A stretch of DNA of 64,000 nt from Synechococcaceae cyanobacterium (GTDB lineage: Bacteria > Cyanobacteriota > Cyanobacteriia > PCC-6307 > Cyanobiaceae). Under the pieces are notes generated by a model. The model saw only the letters and a list, made by a program, of their open reading frames with translations, had not been told where the DNA came from and did not search any database. The position numbers and the translations under genes were made by a program. The stretch is taken from assembly GCA_046342775.1 (NCBI GenBank), contig JBKDOR010000095.1:10152-74151 (forward strand), in the 5' to 3' direction. How positions within the stretch are numbered: position 1 is the first letter of the stretch; each line of letters opens with the position of its first letter. Of the stretch, positions 38,636-48,209 are shown piece after piece.

Positions 38636-39390
38636 ACAATCAAGCTGGTGTCGATCGGGTCGATCAGCGTGGGGGGGAGGTCGGGCAAGGCCAGCGGCAA
38701 CTCCACCCCGGAAAACCCTCCCAGCTGGCTGAGCGGACGCGAGGCCGCCCCCAGCACCGCCGTGGAGGCCCAGCGGATGTACCGGGCCAGGGTGCTGGCA
38801 TCGTTCGCTTGCAGCGGCCTGCTCCCCGGCTCTTCATCGCCAAGGGGCCCGGAGCGGTCGGAGCGGTCCGAGGGCACGGGGCCGATGAACTTCTGCAGAT
38901 CGTCTTCATCAGCATCGTGGCCAATGGCCAGGGCCAAACGCACGGCCTTGCGCGCCCAGGGCTGTCGCAGCAGGGCGGCCAGGCCCCTGTCGTAGTCGTC
39001 GGTGGGGGCGCCATCGGAGATCAGCACCAGCACCGGCGGCAGGGCCCGCTGATCCATCACCGCGGGGTCGAGGGCCGCGGCCAGCAGCTCCATCGCCTGC
39101 CCCATGGCGGTCAGACCGCCCGCCTGGAGATCGCTCCAGCGGTGCTCCAGCTCCTCCACCGGGGTGGGCTCGGCCAGGTGCCAGCGCGCCTGATCTGCAA
39201 AGGTCAACACCCGCACCAGCAGCCGCGCTTCAGGATTGTCGCGAGCAACGCCGGCCATGCCGGGCAGGGATTGGCGGATGGCTTGGTTCAGGGCCTGGAT
39301 CTTGCCGCGGGCCTGCATCGAGCCCGAGCAATCGCAGATGTAGATGAAGTGAAGCGGTCGCCGATACAGCTGCACATTGGGGAAGGGCAT
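38629..39390 (-). CDS. vWA domain protein, TerY-like
   Basis: RRPLHFIYICDCSGSM MIDAS, KIQALNQAI, AGGLTAMGQA, LVLISDGAPTDD. Confidence 0.9.
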   Translation of the reverse strand: MPFPNVQLYRRPLHFIYICDCSGSMQARGKIQALNQAIRQSLPGMAGVARDNPEARLLVRVLTFADQARWHLAEPTPVEELEHRWSDLQAGGLTAMGQAMELLAAALDPAVMDQRALPPVLVLISDGAPTDDYDRGLAALLRQPWARKAVRLALAIGHDADEDDLQKFIGPVPSDRSDRSGPLGDEEPGSRPLQANDASTLARYIRWASTAVLGAASRPLSQLGGFSGVELPLALPDLPPTLIDPIDTSLIVW

Positions 39391-39468
39391 GGCGGGCGGC
39401 AACCTCTGGTGAGGCGGTTAACGCGAAATGCTGGCGCCAGCTTGGAGCCCTGGCGGGGCGTCCCACGC

Positions 39469-40851
39469 TCAGCTGGTGGGGCGATTGTCAGTTGAGGTGT
39501 CGCGGTGGGTGGCGAGGCAATGCACCGGACCCCAGGGGGTTCGCAGCACGCGGATGCGGCGCAGATTACCCCGTTGTCCTGGTGGCAGGGACAGGCTGGA
39601 CCCATCATCAAGTTCTGCCTGCCACACCTGATCGGACAGGTTCAGCAGACCCAGCAGGCCAGGCTCGCGGGGATGGCTCTCCACCCGGGCCAACGGCTGC
39701 TCAAGGCTCTCGATCCGCAGGTGATCAAAGTGATGGCGGTACAGCTCATTGCCGGGCTGGATCAGCACGCGGCGATCGCCGATCCGGAGTTGCGGCGAGT
39801 CGGGGAGCGGACCGCCGCAGTCCCAGCAGCGGCTCGGGGGGCTGCCCTCAGGCGCCGCTTGGGCAAACACCTCCTGGCCGCAGTGGGGGCACATTTGCTG
39901 GTGATCCAACGTGGCGGCCAGAACCTGGAGCCATTCGCCACTCTGGGAACGACGTTCCGGGTCCCGCAGACCCTCCCCGAAGCTGCGCTCGAACAGGCGC
40001 CGCAACTGAGGCGGATAGATGGGCCAGGTGCGCAAGGCCGCCTGGTGCAGGATCGGATCGGGCCGATTGCGGTCATCCTCGGGGTCGAACACAAACACGG
40101 GATCCTCGGCGTAGAGCCGCCGTCGCGCCGCCATATCCAGGCAGCGGATCTGCAGTTCCAGCCGCCCCTTGAGCGGATCGCTGCGGGTCAGAAGCCAGAA
40201 CATCAGCACCGCCAGGGAGAACAGATCGCTGCCGCTCGACGGCTTGGCCTGCCCCAGCAGCACCTCCGGCGCCATGAACCCCGGGGTGCCGAGGGCCAGC
40301 CCACGGTTCATCCCGTTCACCTCAACATTGTCGTTGTCGCAGATCAGCACCTCGCCGCTGCGGGGCACCAGGAAAAGGTTGCCGAGCGAAATGTCCTTGT
40401 AACAGAGCCCTCTGCTGTGCAAGGCCTGGAACGCCTCACTGAGGAAGAAGCAGGCGCGCAGCAACTGGCGCAGGCCGATGGTGATCCGGCCGGCGTAGTG
40501 ATCGATCGCCGCCACGGCCTCGGCAGAGCGCAGCGGCATGAGATACCCCAAGCCACTGCCACCATGGCCGAGGCTTTCCCGGCAGCCGTCTGCCGGTACC
40601 ACCAGGGCGACCGGCCAGAGGAAGTGGCGGCTCGGGGCCGAGGCGCGGATGCTGTCGGCGAGCCGTTGGGCCAGGCCCGGATCGCGGCGCACCACCGAGG
40701 GGTAGTACCACTTGAGGGCGAGGCGCTCGCCCGCCAGCCGAACCTCGTGCACCTCCCCCTGCCCGCCCGCCCCCAGCAGGCGCAACACCTCCAGGGGGGC
40801 GCTCAAGCCAGCGCATTGGAGTTGAGTCCCGGCGGGAAGCATCGCAGCCAT
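39469..40851 (-). CDS. Ser/Thr protein kinase with C-terminal zinc ribbon (TerY-P triad)
   Basis: LGAGGQGEV, LALKWY, YKDISLGN, DNDN, GTPGFMAPE, CPHC...CWDC. Confidence 0.9.
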   Translation of the reverse strand: MAAMLPAGTQLQCAGLSAPLEVLRLLGAGGQGEVHEVRLAGERLALKWYYPSVVRRDPGLAQRLADSIRASAPSRHFLWPVALVVPADGCRESLGHGGSGLGYLMPLRSAEAVAAIDHYAGRITIGLRQLLRACFFLSEAFQALHSRGLCYKDISLGNLFLVPRSGEVLICDNDNVEVNGMNRGLALGTPGFMAPEVLLGQAKPSSGSDLFSLAVLMFWLLTRSDPLKGRLELQIRCLDMAARRRLYAEDPVFVFDPEDDRNRPDPILHQAALRTWPIYPPQLRRLFERSFGEGLRDPERRSQSGEWLQVLAATLDHQQMCPHCGQEVFAQAAPEGSPPSRCWDCGGPLPDSPQLRIGDRRVLIQPGNELYRHHFDHLRIESLEQPLARVESHPREPGLLGLLNLSDQVWQAELDDGSSLSLPPGQRGNLRRIRVLRTPWGPVHCLATHRDTSTDNRPTS

Positions 40852-40859
40852 GGCCGGTT

Positions 40860-41753
40860 TCAGGGATCGAGAGGTTGACCGATCGCCCGGCGCACGCCGT
40901 TGCGGTGCGCCAGCGCCGTGACCCGGTTGGCGAAGCGGTGGCGGTGGGCCATGCCATCGCGCAGCGTCAGGATCAGCACGTGCTGTTTGCGGGCGCCGAG
41001 CAGGATCCAGGCCGACAGAGCGGCGATCTGCCAGGGCCAGAACAGCCAGGCCCATGGCAACAGCACCAGCCCGGAGAGGCAGGCCAGCACCCACCAGCTG
41101 AAGCTGTGGGGATGCCTCGGCCTGCTTTGCACCTCGGCGGAGCGGATCGCGGCCAGGGGCACATCGCGGCCGGCGATCTGGATCGGGGCCCGGCGATCGA
41201 CCCGCTTGGCCGCCCCAGCGCCGCGACTGGAGCCTGGGGAGCGGCGAGCAGGCCCGGGGTCGGAGCTGGGGGGCCGCCCTGGGGCGGCGGAGGGCACGGC
41301 GGAGCCCCCCCGTCCAGTAATGGGTGAAGCCGACGCTGGCGCATTGGCCCCGGCAGAGTCGACACCAGCGGACCCGACCGTGGTCGCGGTGGTGGGAGCG
41401 GGCGCCTGCGCCGGTGATGCCAGGACCGGCGCCAGGGCGTCGCCCGGCCGGTGCTGGAACACCAGCACTGGGCCCTCGCGGCCCAGGCCGATGTCATCAC
41501 CATCGCGCAGGGGCTGGCAGCGCTGCACCCGCCGGCCACGGCAGTAGGTGCCCAATGGGCTGCCCCAGTCGCAGACGAGCCAGCCGTGCTCCGGAGAGAA
41601 GCGCACCACGGCGTGGTGGGGGGCCACGGCCGGCCAGCTGGCGAGGCAGAGCTTGTTGTTGCTGGCGCGTCCAATCGTCAGCGGCGTGCCCGGATCCAGG
41701 GGGGCCACCTTGCTGGGATCTTGGCGCAGCACCAGCTGGGCGGTGGCGCTCAT
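40860..41753 (-). CDS. FHA domain protein with C-terminal membrane hairpin
   Basis: LTIGRASNN...HHAVV...DWGSPLGTY FHA pattern, Pro/Ala linker, hydrophobic C-terminus. Confidence 0.82.
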   Translation of the reverse strand: MSATAQLVLRQDPSKVAPLDPGTPLTIGRASNNKLCLASWPAVAPHHAVVRFSPEHGWLVCDWGSPLGTYCRGRRVQRCQPLRDGDDIGLGREGPVLVFQHRPGDALAPVLASPAQAPAPTTATTVGSAGVDSAGANAPASASPITGRGGSAVPSAAPGRPPSSDPGPARRSPGSSRGAGAAKRVDRRAPIQIAGRDVPLAAIRSAEVQSRPRHPHSFSWWVLACLSGLVLLPWAWLFWPWQIAALSAWILLGARKQHVLILTLRDGMAHRHRFANRVTALAHRNGVRRAIGQPLDP

Positions 41754-42052
41754 GATCGCGGCAGGCGTGACCACCAGCGCCGCCAGTCGTGGCTGATCTC
41801 CGCCCAGATCCCCGGCTCACCCTCGCGCCAGAAGACCACCCGACCGGGCCAAAGCAGAGCCCGCAGCGCCAACAGCAGAGCCACCATCACCAACAACAGC
41901 AACACCCAGCCGGGGATCGCGCCTGGCCAGGTGAACGGGGTCGCCAGAGACACAGCGCGCACGGCGAACAACCCGATCGTGAAGGCCACCCACAGCCGAA
42001 AGGGTGCCCAGGGATCGCGGCGCCGTTCCACCCTGGTGTTTGCCAGACACAA
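41750..42052 (-). CDS. Small membrane protein (2 TM)
   Basis: LWVAFTIGLFAVRAV and WVLLLLVMVALLLAL; stop overlaps the FHA gene start; start uncertain. Confidence 0.55.
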   Translation of the reverse strand: MCLANTRVERRRDPWAPFRLWVAFTIGLFAVRAVSLATPFTWPGAIPGWVLLLLVMVALLLALRALLWPGRVVFWREGEPGIWAEISHDWRRWWSRLPRS

Positions 42053-42099
42053 GCCGTAGCCTATGGCACCCGTTTGAAACAGCCTTGCCGGCGCCGAGC

Positions 42100-44685
42100 G
42101 TGAGGGACGCGTCCGAGGGTTCACCCCAAGCGGTGGAGGAGCGCCAAGCCAGCGGGGCGGATCCGGCGACCGCGCAGGCTGCCGGGACCACCGAAAGCCG
42201 TGCCACAGGCAGCGAGGCCTCCCCCATCGAGGCCTCCCCCTTCGAGGCAACCGACTTTGGGAGCCGGCGGGGCGAGGAATGGCTTGGCTGGGGCAGGGGC
42301 GGCGAAGGCTGGAGTGCCACCGGCTTGGTGCAATCGCGTCCGCTACGGCGGCTGCGGCTGGGCTGGCGCCGGGCCAGCCGGCGTCAGGCGCGCCTGGAGC
42401 TCTGGCAGGGGGAGAACTTGCTGAAGACGTTGCGCCTGGAACAGGGGCATCTCCTCCAGGGGCGCCTGGGGGGGGGGCTGCAGGCCGATGGGCGAGGTGA
42501 CGAGCGGTACCGGATCGGGCGGGATCCCGCCTGCGAGCTCGTTGTGGAGGCCGCCAGCAACATCAGCCGGGTGCACGCCTTCGTGGAGAAGGACAGGCCC
42601 GAGGACCGGGACTGGCGGCTGCAGGATTTCGATTCCGCCAATGGCCTGTTCTGGCGCGATCGCCGCATCCGGGCGATCGAGCTGCGCCACGGCGACCTCA
42701 TCCAGCTGGGCTCTCCGCTGCGGGAGGCCCCCACCCTGCGCTACCTGCACCCGTCCAGCCCGCTGGAGCGGTTGAGCCGCGGCGTGGGCATGATGGCCCT
42801 GTTGGGTTCGGGGGTGGTGATCAGCGCTTTGCTGGCGCTGAGCAGCATTTCGGGTGGGTCCCGCGTCGACTTCATCGGCGGGCCGGTCAAGATCGTCAGT
42901 CCGCTGGGACAGCGGATCGATTCCAAGGAGGGGGCGGCCACGGCGATGGCCCGTCTGGAGGATTACCCGCTGGTGCTGCGCCAGGCCTTGCTGGCCTCCG
43001 AGGATGCGCACTTCGGCTGGAACAGCGGCCTCGACATCGGCGGCACCGTGCGCTCCTTGATCCGCCGCACCGGTGGCGGCAGCGGCATCACCCAGCAGGT
43101 GGCGCGAATGGTGTACCCGTGGGTGAAGAACGGCAATCCCAACTCGCCCTGGCCCTGGGTGCGCATCGCCGAGTTCGATGGGGCCGGCCGACCCAACCGC
43201 TGGGGGGTGTTCGCCCGCAAGCTGCGTGAGCTGCCCGTGTCCTGGCAGCTGGAAACACGCTTTAATAAAAACGAGATCCTCAAGATGTATCTCGACCGCG
43301 CCTATCTCGGACTGGGGGCGGAGGGTTTCGAGCAGGGGGCCCAGCTCTACTTCCGCAAGTCAGCGCGGCAGTTGGATGCAAGCGAAGCCGCCTATCTGGT
43401 GGGTCTGTTGCCGAGCCCGAACGGGTACAACATCTGTGCCCCCACGCCCGGCCAACTGCGCGCTGAGCGCCTGGAGCGGGAACGGCGCGGCGGGCAGCCA
43501 GAGAAACCCCTGGAGGACGAACAAACCTGGACCCCAAAGCTGCGCCGCGACCTGGTGCTGCGCCGCATGCTGGAGGAGGGATACCTCAGCCAGGAGCAAT
43601 ACCGCAACGCGATTCGTCAGCCGCTCATCTATGACGCCGCGGCCTGCCGACAATCGCGCTATCGCAGCTATCCCTTCTTCAGCGACTATGCGCTTTGGGA
43701 ACTGGAAGGGTCTCGTTTCTCGCTGAACATCGACCCCAACCGGGAGGGGGGGAACTACCACGTGGTGGCCACGATCGACACGGGGCTCCAGGCCAAGGCC
43801 CAGCAACTGCTGCTGCGCTTTCTGGAGACCCGCGCCCGGCCCCTGGGCATCACCCAGGGCGCCCTGATCAGCTTGGATGTGCGCAGCGGGCGGATCTTGG
43901 CCTACGTGGGCGGCGGCGACTACCGCTTCGATCGGGTCCAATCGATGCGCCAGCCAGGCTCCACCTTCAAACTGTTCACCTACCTGGCGGCGCTGGAGCG
44001 GGGCATCCCCAGCAGCGAAGTGATCTCCTGCGCGCCGATCTACCAGCTGCAGGAGGGTTGCCGGCACGGCACCTCCGGGGGGATGACGATGGCAGACGGG
44101 CTGGCCTACTCAGAAAATCCCATCGCCCTGCATCTGGCCGAGCGGGTGGGCTTCGAGAAGGTGATCGCTATGGCCCGTCGCCTGGGCATCTCCGCCGACA
44201 CCCTGCAGCCGGATCCGAACATGGTGCTGGGCGGCAATGAGGTGCTGCTCTACGAAATGGCGCGAGCGTTTGCGGTGGTGGCCAATGGCGGGCGCACAGT
44301 GCCGATGCACGGGGTGGAGCGCATTTACGACCTCGGTGTCTGCCGCTCGGAGACAGTGCTGGGCCAATGCCCAGCCAGCGGCATCTTCCGGCCGCTGCCG
44401 GAGAAGCCCCAGCAGTTGCTGGATCCCGGGGTCGCCGCGGCCATGGACGCGATGTTGCAACAGGCTGTGGCGATCGGCACGGGCCGCCCCGCCGCGGTGA
44501 TCGCCGATGCCCGCGGCAAAACCGGCACCACCAACAACGGCGTCGATGCCTGGTTCATCGGCTACTCCCCCCAACGCGGCGTGCTCACCGGCATCTGGTT
44601 CGGCAATGACGACAACCGGCCCGCCGAAGCGGCCGCCGGCGCCCTGGCGGCCGAGCTCTGGGGGCAGGTGATGCGGCAGGTCTAA
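42100..44685 (+). CDS. Class A penicillin-binding protein (transglycosylase-transpeptidase) with N-terminal FHA domain
   Basis: FHA (IGRD...ISRVH...SANG), TM helix, GT51 motifs (SEDAHF, GSGITQQVA, RKLRE), SxxK (GSTFK), SxN (YSEN), KTGT; start uncertain (42004-42100). Confidence 0.9.
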   Translation: MRDASEGSPQAVEERQASGADPATAQAAGTTESRATGSEASPIEASPFEATDFGSRRGEEWLGWGRGGEGWSATGLVQSRPLRRLRLGWRRASRRQARLELWQGENLLKTLRLEQGHLLQGRLGGGLQADGRGDERYRIGRDPACELVVEAASNISRVHAFVEKDRPEDRDWRLQDFDSANGLFWRDRRIRAIELRHGDLIQLGSPLREAPTLRYLHPSSPLERLSRGVGMMALLGSGVVISALLALSSISGGSRVDFIGGPVKIVSPLGQRIDSKEGAATAMARLEDYPLVLRQALLASEDAHFGWNSGLDIGGTVRSLIRRTGGGSGITQQVARMVYPWVKNGNPNSPWPWVRIAEFDGAGRPNRWGVFARKLRELPVSWQLETRFNKNEILKMYLDRAYLGLGAEGFEQGAQLYFRKSARQLDASEAAYLVGLLPSPNGYNICAPTPGQLRAERLERERRGGQPEKPLEDEQTWTPKLRRDLVLRRMLEEGYLSQEQYRNAIRQPLIYDAAACRQSRYRSYPFFSDYALWELEGSRFSLNIDPNREGGNYHVVATIDTGLQAKAQQLLLRFLETRARPLGITQGALISLDVRSGRILAYVGGGDYRFDRVQSMRQPGSTFKLFTYLAALERGIPSSEVISCAPIYQLQEGCRHGTSGGMTMADGLAYSENPIALHLAERVGFEKVIAMARRLGISADTLQPDPNMVLGGNEVLLYEMARAFAVVANGGRTVPMHGVERIYDLGVCRSETVLGQCPASGIFRPLPEKPQQLLDPGVAAAMDAMLQQAVAIGTGRPAAVIADARGKTGTTNNGVDAWFIGYSPQRGVLTGIWFGNDDNRPAEAAAGALAAELWGQVMRQV

Positions 44686-44798
44686 GGCCTGGCTCCTCGC
44701 GCGGCGAGCCCCAGCGCGAGCCCACTGCGTCTCCCTCCGAGGGCTGTCCTGCGGGCGATGAAGCGGACGACCGTGCGGGCTGCCTAGGGTCCTGCGCC

Positions 44799-46358
44799 AT
44801 GGAACCCCTGCAGATCGTCTGGTTCAAGCGCGACCTGCGGCTGGTGGACCACGGGCCGCTGCTGCTGGCCAGCCGGCTGGGGCCCGTGCTGCCCTTGGTG
44901 GTGGTGGAGCCGGAGCTGTGGCGGCAGCCCGATGCCTCGGCGCGGCAGTGGCATTTCTGCCGCGAAAGCCTTGAAGAGCTGCGAACCGAGCTTGCCGCCT
45001 TGGGCCAACCGCTGGTGGTGCGGGTGGGCCAGGTCACGGCGGTGCTGGAGCGCATCCAGCGGCACTGGCCGATCGCGGGCCTGTGGAGTCATCAGGAAAC
45101 CGGCAATGGCTGGACCTACGCCCGCGATCGGCGGGTGGCGGCCTGGGCGCGTCAGCACGGGATCGCCTGGACGGAACTGCCGAGCTTCGGCGTGATCCGC
45201 CGGCTGGCCAGCCGCGATGGCTGGGCGCGGCGCTGGGAAGCGCTGATGGCCGAGTCGTTGCAAACCGCCCCCCGCCGGCTCCGGCCGCTGGAAATGGTGG
45301 CGCCCGGGGTGCTGCCGACGGCGGCGGAGCTGGGACTGGCGCCGGACCCCTGCCCATTTCGCCAGCCGGGGGGGCGCCGCGCCGGCCTGGCGTTGCTGGA
45401 GAGCTTCCTCCAGCAACGCAGCTGTAGGTACCAGCGCGGACTCTCCAGCCCGCTCACCGCCTTCGAGAGTTGTTCGCGGTTGTCGGCGCATCTGGCCTGG
45501 GGGACCCTGTCGCTGCGAGAGGTGGTGCAGCGCAGCCGCCTGCGGCGGGCGGAGTTGCATGCCAGGTCTGCGGCCGCCGATGGGGCCTGGGCGCGGGCAC
45601 TGGGGCGATTTGAGGAGCGGCTGCACTGGCACTGCCACTTCATTCAAAAGCTGGAAAGTGAACCCAGGCTGGAGTTCGAGGAGCTGCACCCACTCACGGC
45701 CGGCTTGCGCCAGAGCGATGCGGCGCGGCTGGCAGCCTGGGCTGATGGGCGCAGCGGCATTCCATTTGTGGATGCCTGCATGCGCTGCCTCAACGCCAGC
45801 GGCTGGCTGAACTTCCGGATGCGGGCGATGTTGCAATCGGTGGCGACCTATCAGCTTTGGCTGCCCTGGCGCGACAGCGGCCTGGTGCTGGCGCGCCTGT
45901 TCGTGGATTACGAGCCCGGTATCCATTGGAGCCAGTGCCAGATGCAGGCGGGCACCACCGGGATCAACACAATCCGCATCTACAACCCGATCAAGCAAGG
46001 CCAGGAGCATGACCCGGATGGGGCGTTCATCCGCCGCTGGCTGCCAGAGCTGCGCGGCCTGCCGGGACTGCGCTGCCATGAACCCTGGATGCTCTCCCGC
46101 GCCTGCCAGGAGCGCTATGGCTGCCGGCTTGGGCAGGACTATCCAGAGCCCATTGTGGCCGTGGCGGAGGCCGCCCGCCTGGCCAGGGAACGGCTGTGGA
46201 GCCTGCGGCGGCAGGAGGGCTTCGCGACGCACGCCGATGCGATTCAGGCCCGCCATGGGTCGCGGCGGGCAGGATTGCGCGCCAGCGCGGGCCGCCGCGG
46301 GGGCAGGCGCCCGGCCGGGACCAGCTCCGCCGAGCAGTTGCTGCTGGATCTGGGCTAG
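44799..46358 (+). CDS. Cryptochrome/photolyase family protein
   Basis: WFKRDLRLVDH, SRLSAHLAWG, GIPFVDACMR, WLNFRMRAML, DYEPGIHWSQ. Confidence 0.92.
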   Translation: MEPLQIVWFKRDLRLVDHGPLLLASRLGPVLPLVVVEPELWRQPDASARQWHFCRESLEELRTELAALGQPLVVRVGQVTAVLERIQRHWPIAGLWSHQETGNGWTYARDRRVAAWARQHGIAWTELPSFGVIRRLASRDGWARRWEALMAESLQTAPRRLRPLEMVAPGVLPTAAELGLAPDPCPFRQPGGRRAGLALLESFLQQRSCRYQRGLSSPLTAFESCSRLSAHLAWGTLSLREVVQRSRLRRAELHARSAAADGAWARALGRFEERLHWHCHFIQKLESEPRLEFEELHPLTAGLRQSDAARLAAWADGRSGIPFVDACMRCLNASGWLNFRMRAMLQSVATYQLWLPWRDSGLVLARLFVDYEPGIHWSQCQMQAGTTGINTIRIYNPIKQGQEHDPDGAFIRRWLPELRGLPGLRCHEPWMLSRACQERYGCRLGQDYPEPIVAVAEAARLARERLWSLRRQEGFATHADAIQARHGSRRAGLRASAGRRGGRRPAGTSSAEQLLLDLG

Positions 46359-46415
46359 ATCAGAGATTGGGGCGCCAGCAGCACAGCAGAATCCAGGAGC
46401 GACGGATGGCTTGGC

Positions 46416-46916
46416 ATGGTGGATGGTGTCCCGGACCGGGACCCCTTGAGGGCTGCGGAGCTGGAGGACCCCCGTGCCTCAGGGCTGCCCTGGGTGGCTC
46501 TGGCGTTGCTGGAAGTGGAGGGCCGCTGGTTGCTGCAACTCCGCGACGATGTCGAAGGCATCGCGGCACCGGGAACCTGGGGGCTGTTCGGGGGCCATCT
46601 GGATCCGGGCGAGAGCCCCGAGCAAGCGCTGCGGCGCGAGTTGATCGAGGAAATCAACTACGAAGCGGAAGAGTTGCGGCTTTGGTGTCATCACCGCAAT
46701 GCCCAACGCCTGGCCAGCTATTTCCTGGGGCAGTTGACCGTGCCGCTGCGGGCGTTGACACTGCTGGAGGGGCAGGATTTGACCCTGGCGACGCCGGCGG
46801 AACTGCGCAGCGGTTGGATCCACAGCTTGCGGCTGGGCGAAGCACGCCCGTTGGCGCCCTCGTTGCTTTGGGCGGTGAACCAACTCGAAAGCTGCCTGTG
46901 GAGGCCGACAGGCTGA
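46416..46916 (+). CDS. NUDIX hydrolase
   Basis: GGHLDPGESPEQALRRELIEEINY Nudix box. Confidence 0.9.
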   Translation: MVDGVPDRDPLRAAELEDPRASGLPWVALALLEVEGRWLLQLRDDVEGIAAPGTWGLFGGHLDPGESPEQALRRELIEEINYEAEELRLWCHHRNAQRLASYFLGQLTVPLRALTLLEGQDLTLATPAELRSGWIHSLRLGEARPLAPSLLWAVNQLESCLWRPTG

Positions 46917-47879
46917 ACGGCAATCGGCCCGGTGACTTAATGCCATACCCCATTCGTCAGACCGGCGCGACCTCCAGCCACAGCGCCCATTACCCCCGAT
47001 ATCCCGCCAAGACACGCCCTGATTCAGGTCGATCGTTCAATAACAAAAGCATGAACAGCCAACGCTATTTTGGGCCGCCTGATCAGATCTGTAACGACTT
47101 GAATTTCCTGTTCGCCAAGGGAGCTCAGACACAACGGCAATCAGTCACTGCGCAGAACGACTCTGCAACGTCCGCGCCGTCTGGAGCAGCAGAAAGCTGC
47201 CAGGGCTGCCAGCCCGAGCAGAGGGCCGGGAACTCTTTTGAACAAGCCAACGGGATCTTGATTCACTTCTTCGGGCAGAACAATCTGCCAGTCCGACCAC
47301 AAGGCATCCTTTGGAGCGAACAGGGTGCCATCCAGCCACTACCGTTATTTCTGCATGATTGGCTTGGAAGTATTGATGACCCTGGAGTGGCGATGTGAAA
47401 AATCAGAACCCTGGGGAAACCGAAACCCTCGGGACCAGAAGGGATTATCTTTTGACCTGCCAATCGAGGCCATCCTAAACTTTGGAGAAAATCGCTCGAA
47501 ACCAACAGTTTTCTGAGTTTCAGCACCTGCTCCCAGGTGCTGAAACTTACCAATTCCTCGCACCCAGAATCTCCAAAGCTGCTAGATGTTAGAGCTCGAA
47601 ACTGGGCCGATTGCCTTCAGATGGGTGATTGGAACAATTCAGATGGATGATTGGAGCAACTTGCTGCTTTGCGACGATCAAGATGGCTGGAATCGAAGGG
47701 CATTGAATGGCGGCAATCCGCGCCGACCTTGGTTTGGTGCATCTTCGGCTCTCTCTCTTTTATCGTATTTTAGTGTCTCCTGCACTTCGATTCGGCGCAT
47801 CCTCCATCACACAGGATCACTCAGGTCGTGCCACTGCTGGAGCCACTGAATCCTCGGCAACAGCTTCGCGGAAGCCAAG

Positions 47880-48070
47880 GGCTATGTCTCCAGCGGGATA
47901 GGTGTGCCAACTACCCTGACAGCTGGTCTTGGAGTTGTGAGATGCGATCAGTTCAATCAACGCCTGCTTGGGCAAGAGCTTTTCCCTTTCGGCCAACACA
48001 GGCTGGCACTTGGTGCGGTTTTTAGCGATGGCCTACTCGTCATCACCGTGGGCGAAGCCTTGGGGATAGG
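47880..48070 (-). mobile_element. Degenerate IS5-family transposase remnant (N-terminus)
   Basis: Minus-strand QGFAHGDDE*AIAKNRTK...LAEREKLLPKQALIELIASHNSKTS...TYP resembles the IS5 InsH N-terminus (GFSDYE..AKK.T.REKFL.EM..VVPW.ALI.LIEPHYPK...PYP); contains an internal stop. Confidence 0.65.
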
Positions 48071-48209
48071 CGTAGCCGTCTCGAAGAGAAGTAACAACCG
48101 AGTTACATGTAGCCCTTCATGCCGCTGCGCTTCTGGGATTACACGATCATTGTTGCACGGGAAAGATGGGGGTTTTCCAGGGCTTCCCCACATCAACTGC
48201 AGGCTTAAC

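Noticed and set aside
36917-38995. Long plus-strand ORF of 692 aa, and similar long ORFs such as 39505-40878, 44784-46256, 4002-5159 and 17579-18688
   Set aside because: They are antisense shadows of well-supported genes in GC-rich DNA and contain no recognisable motifs.
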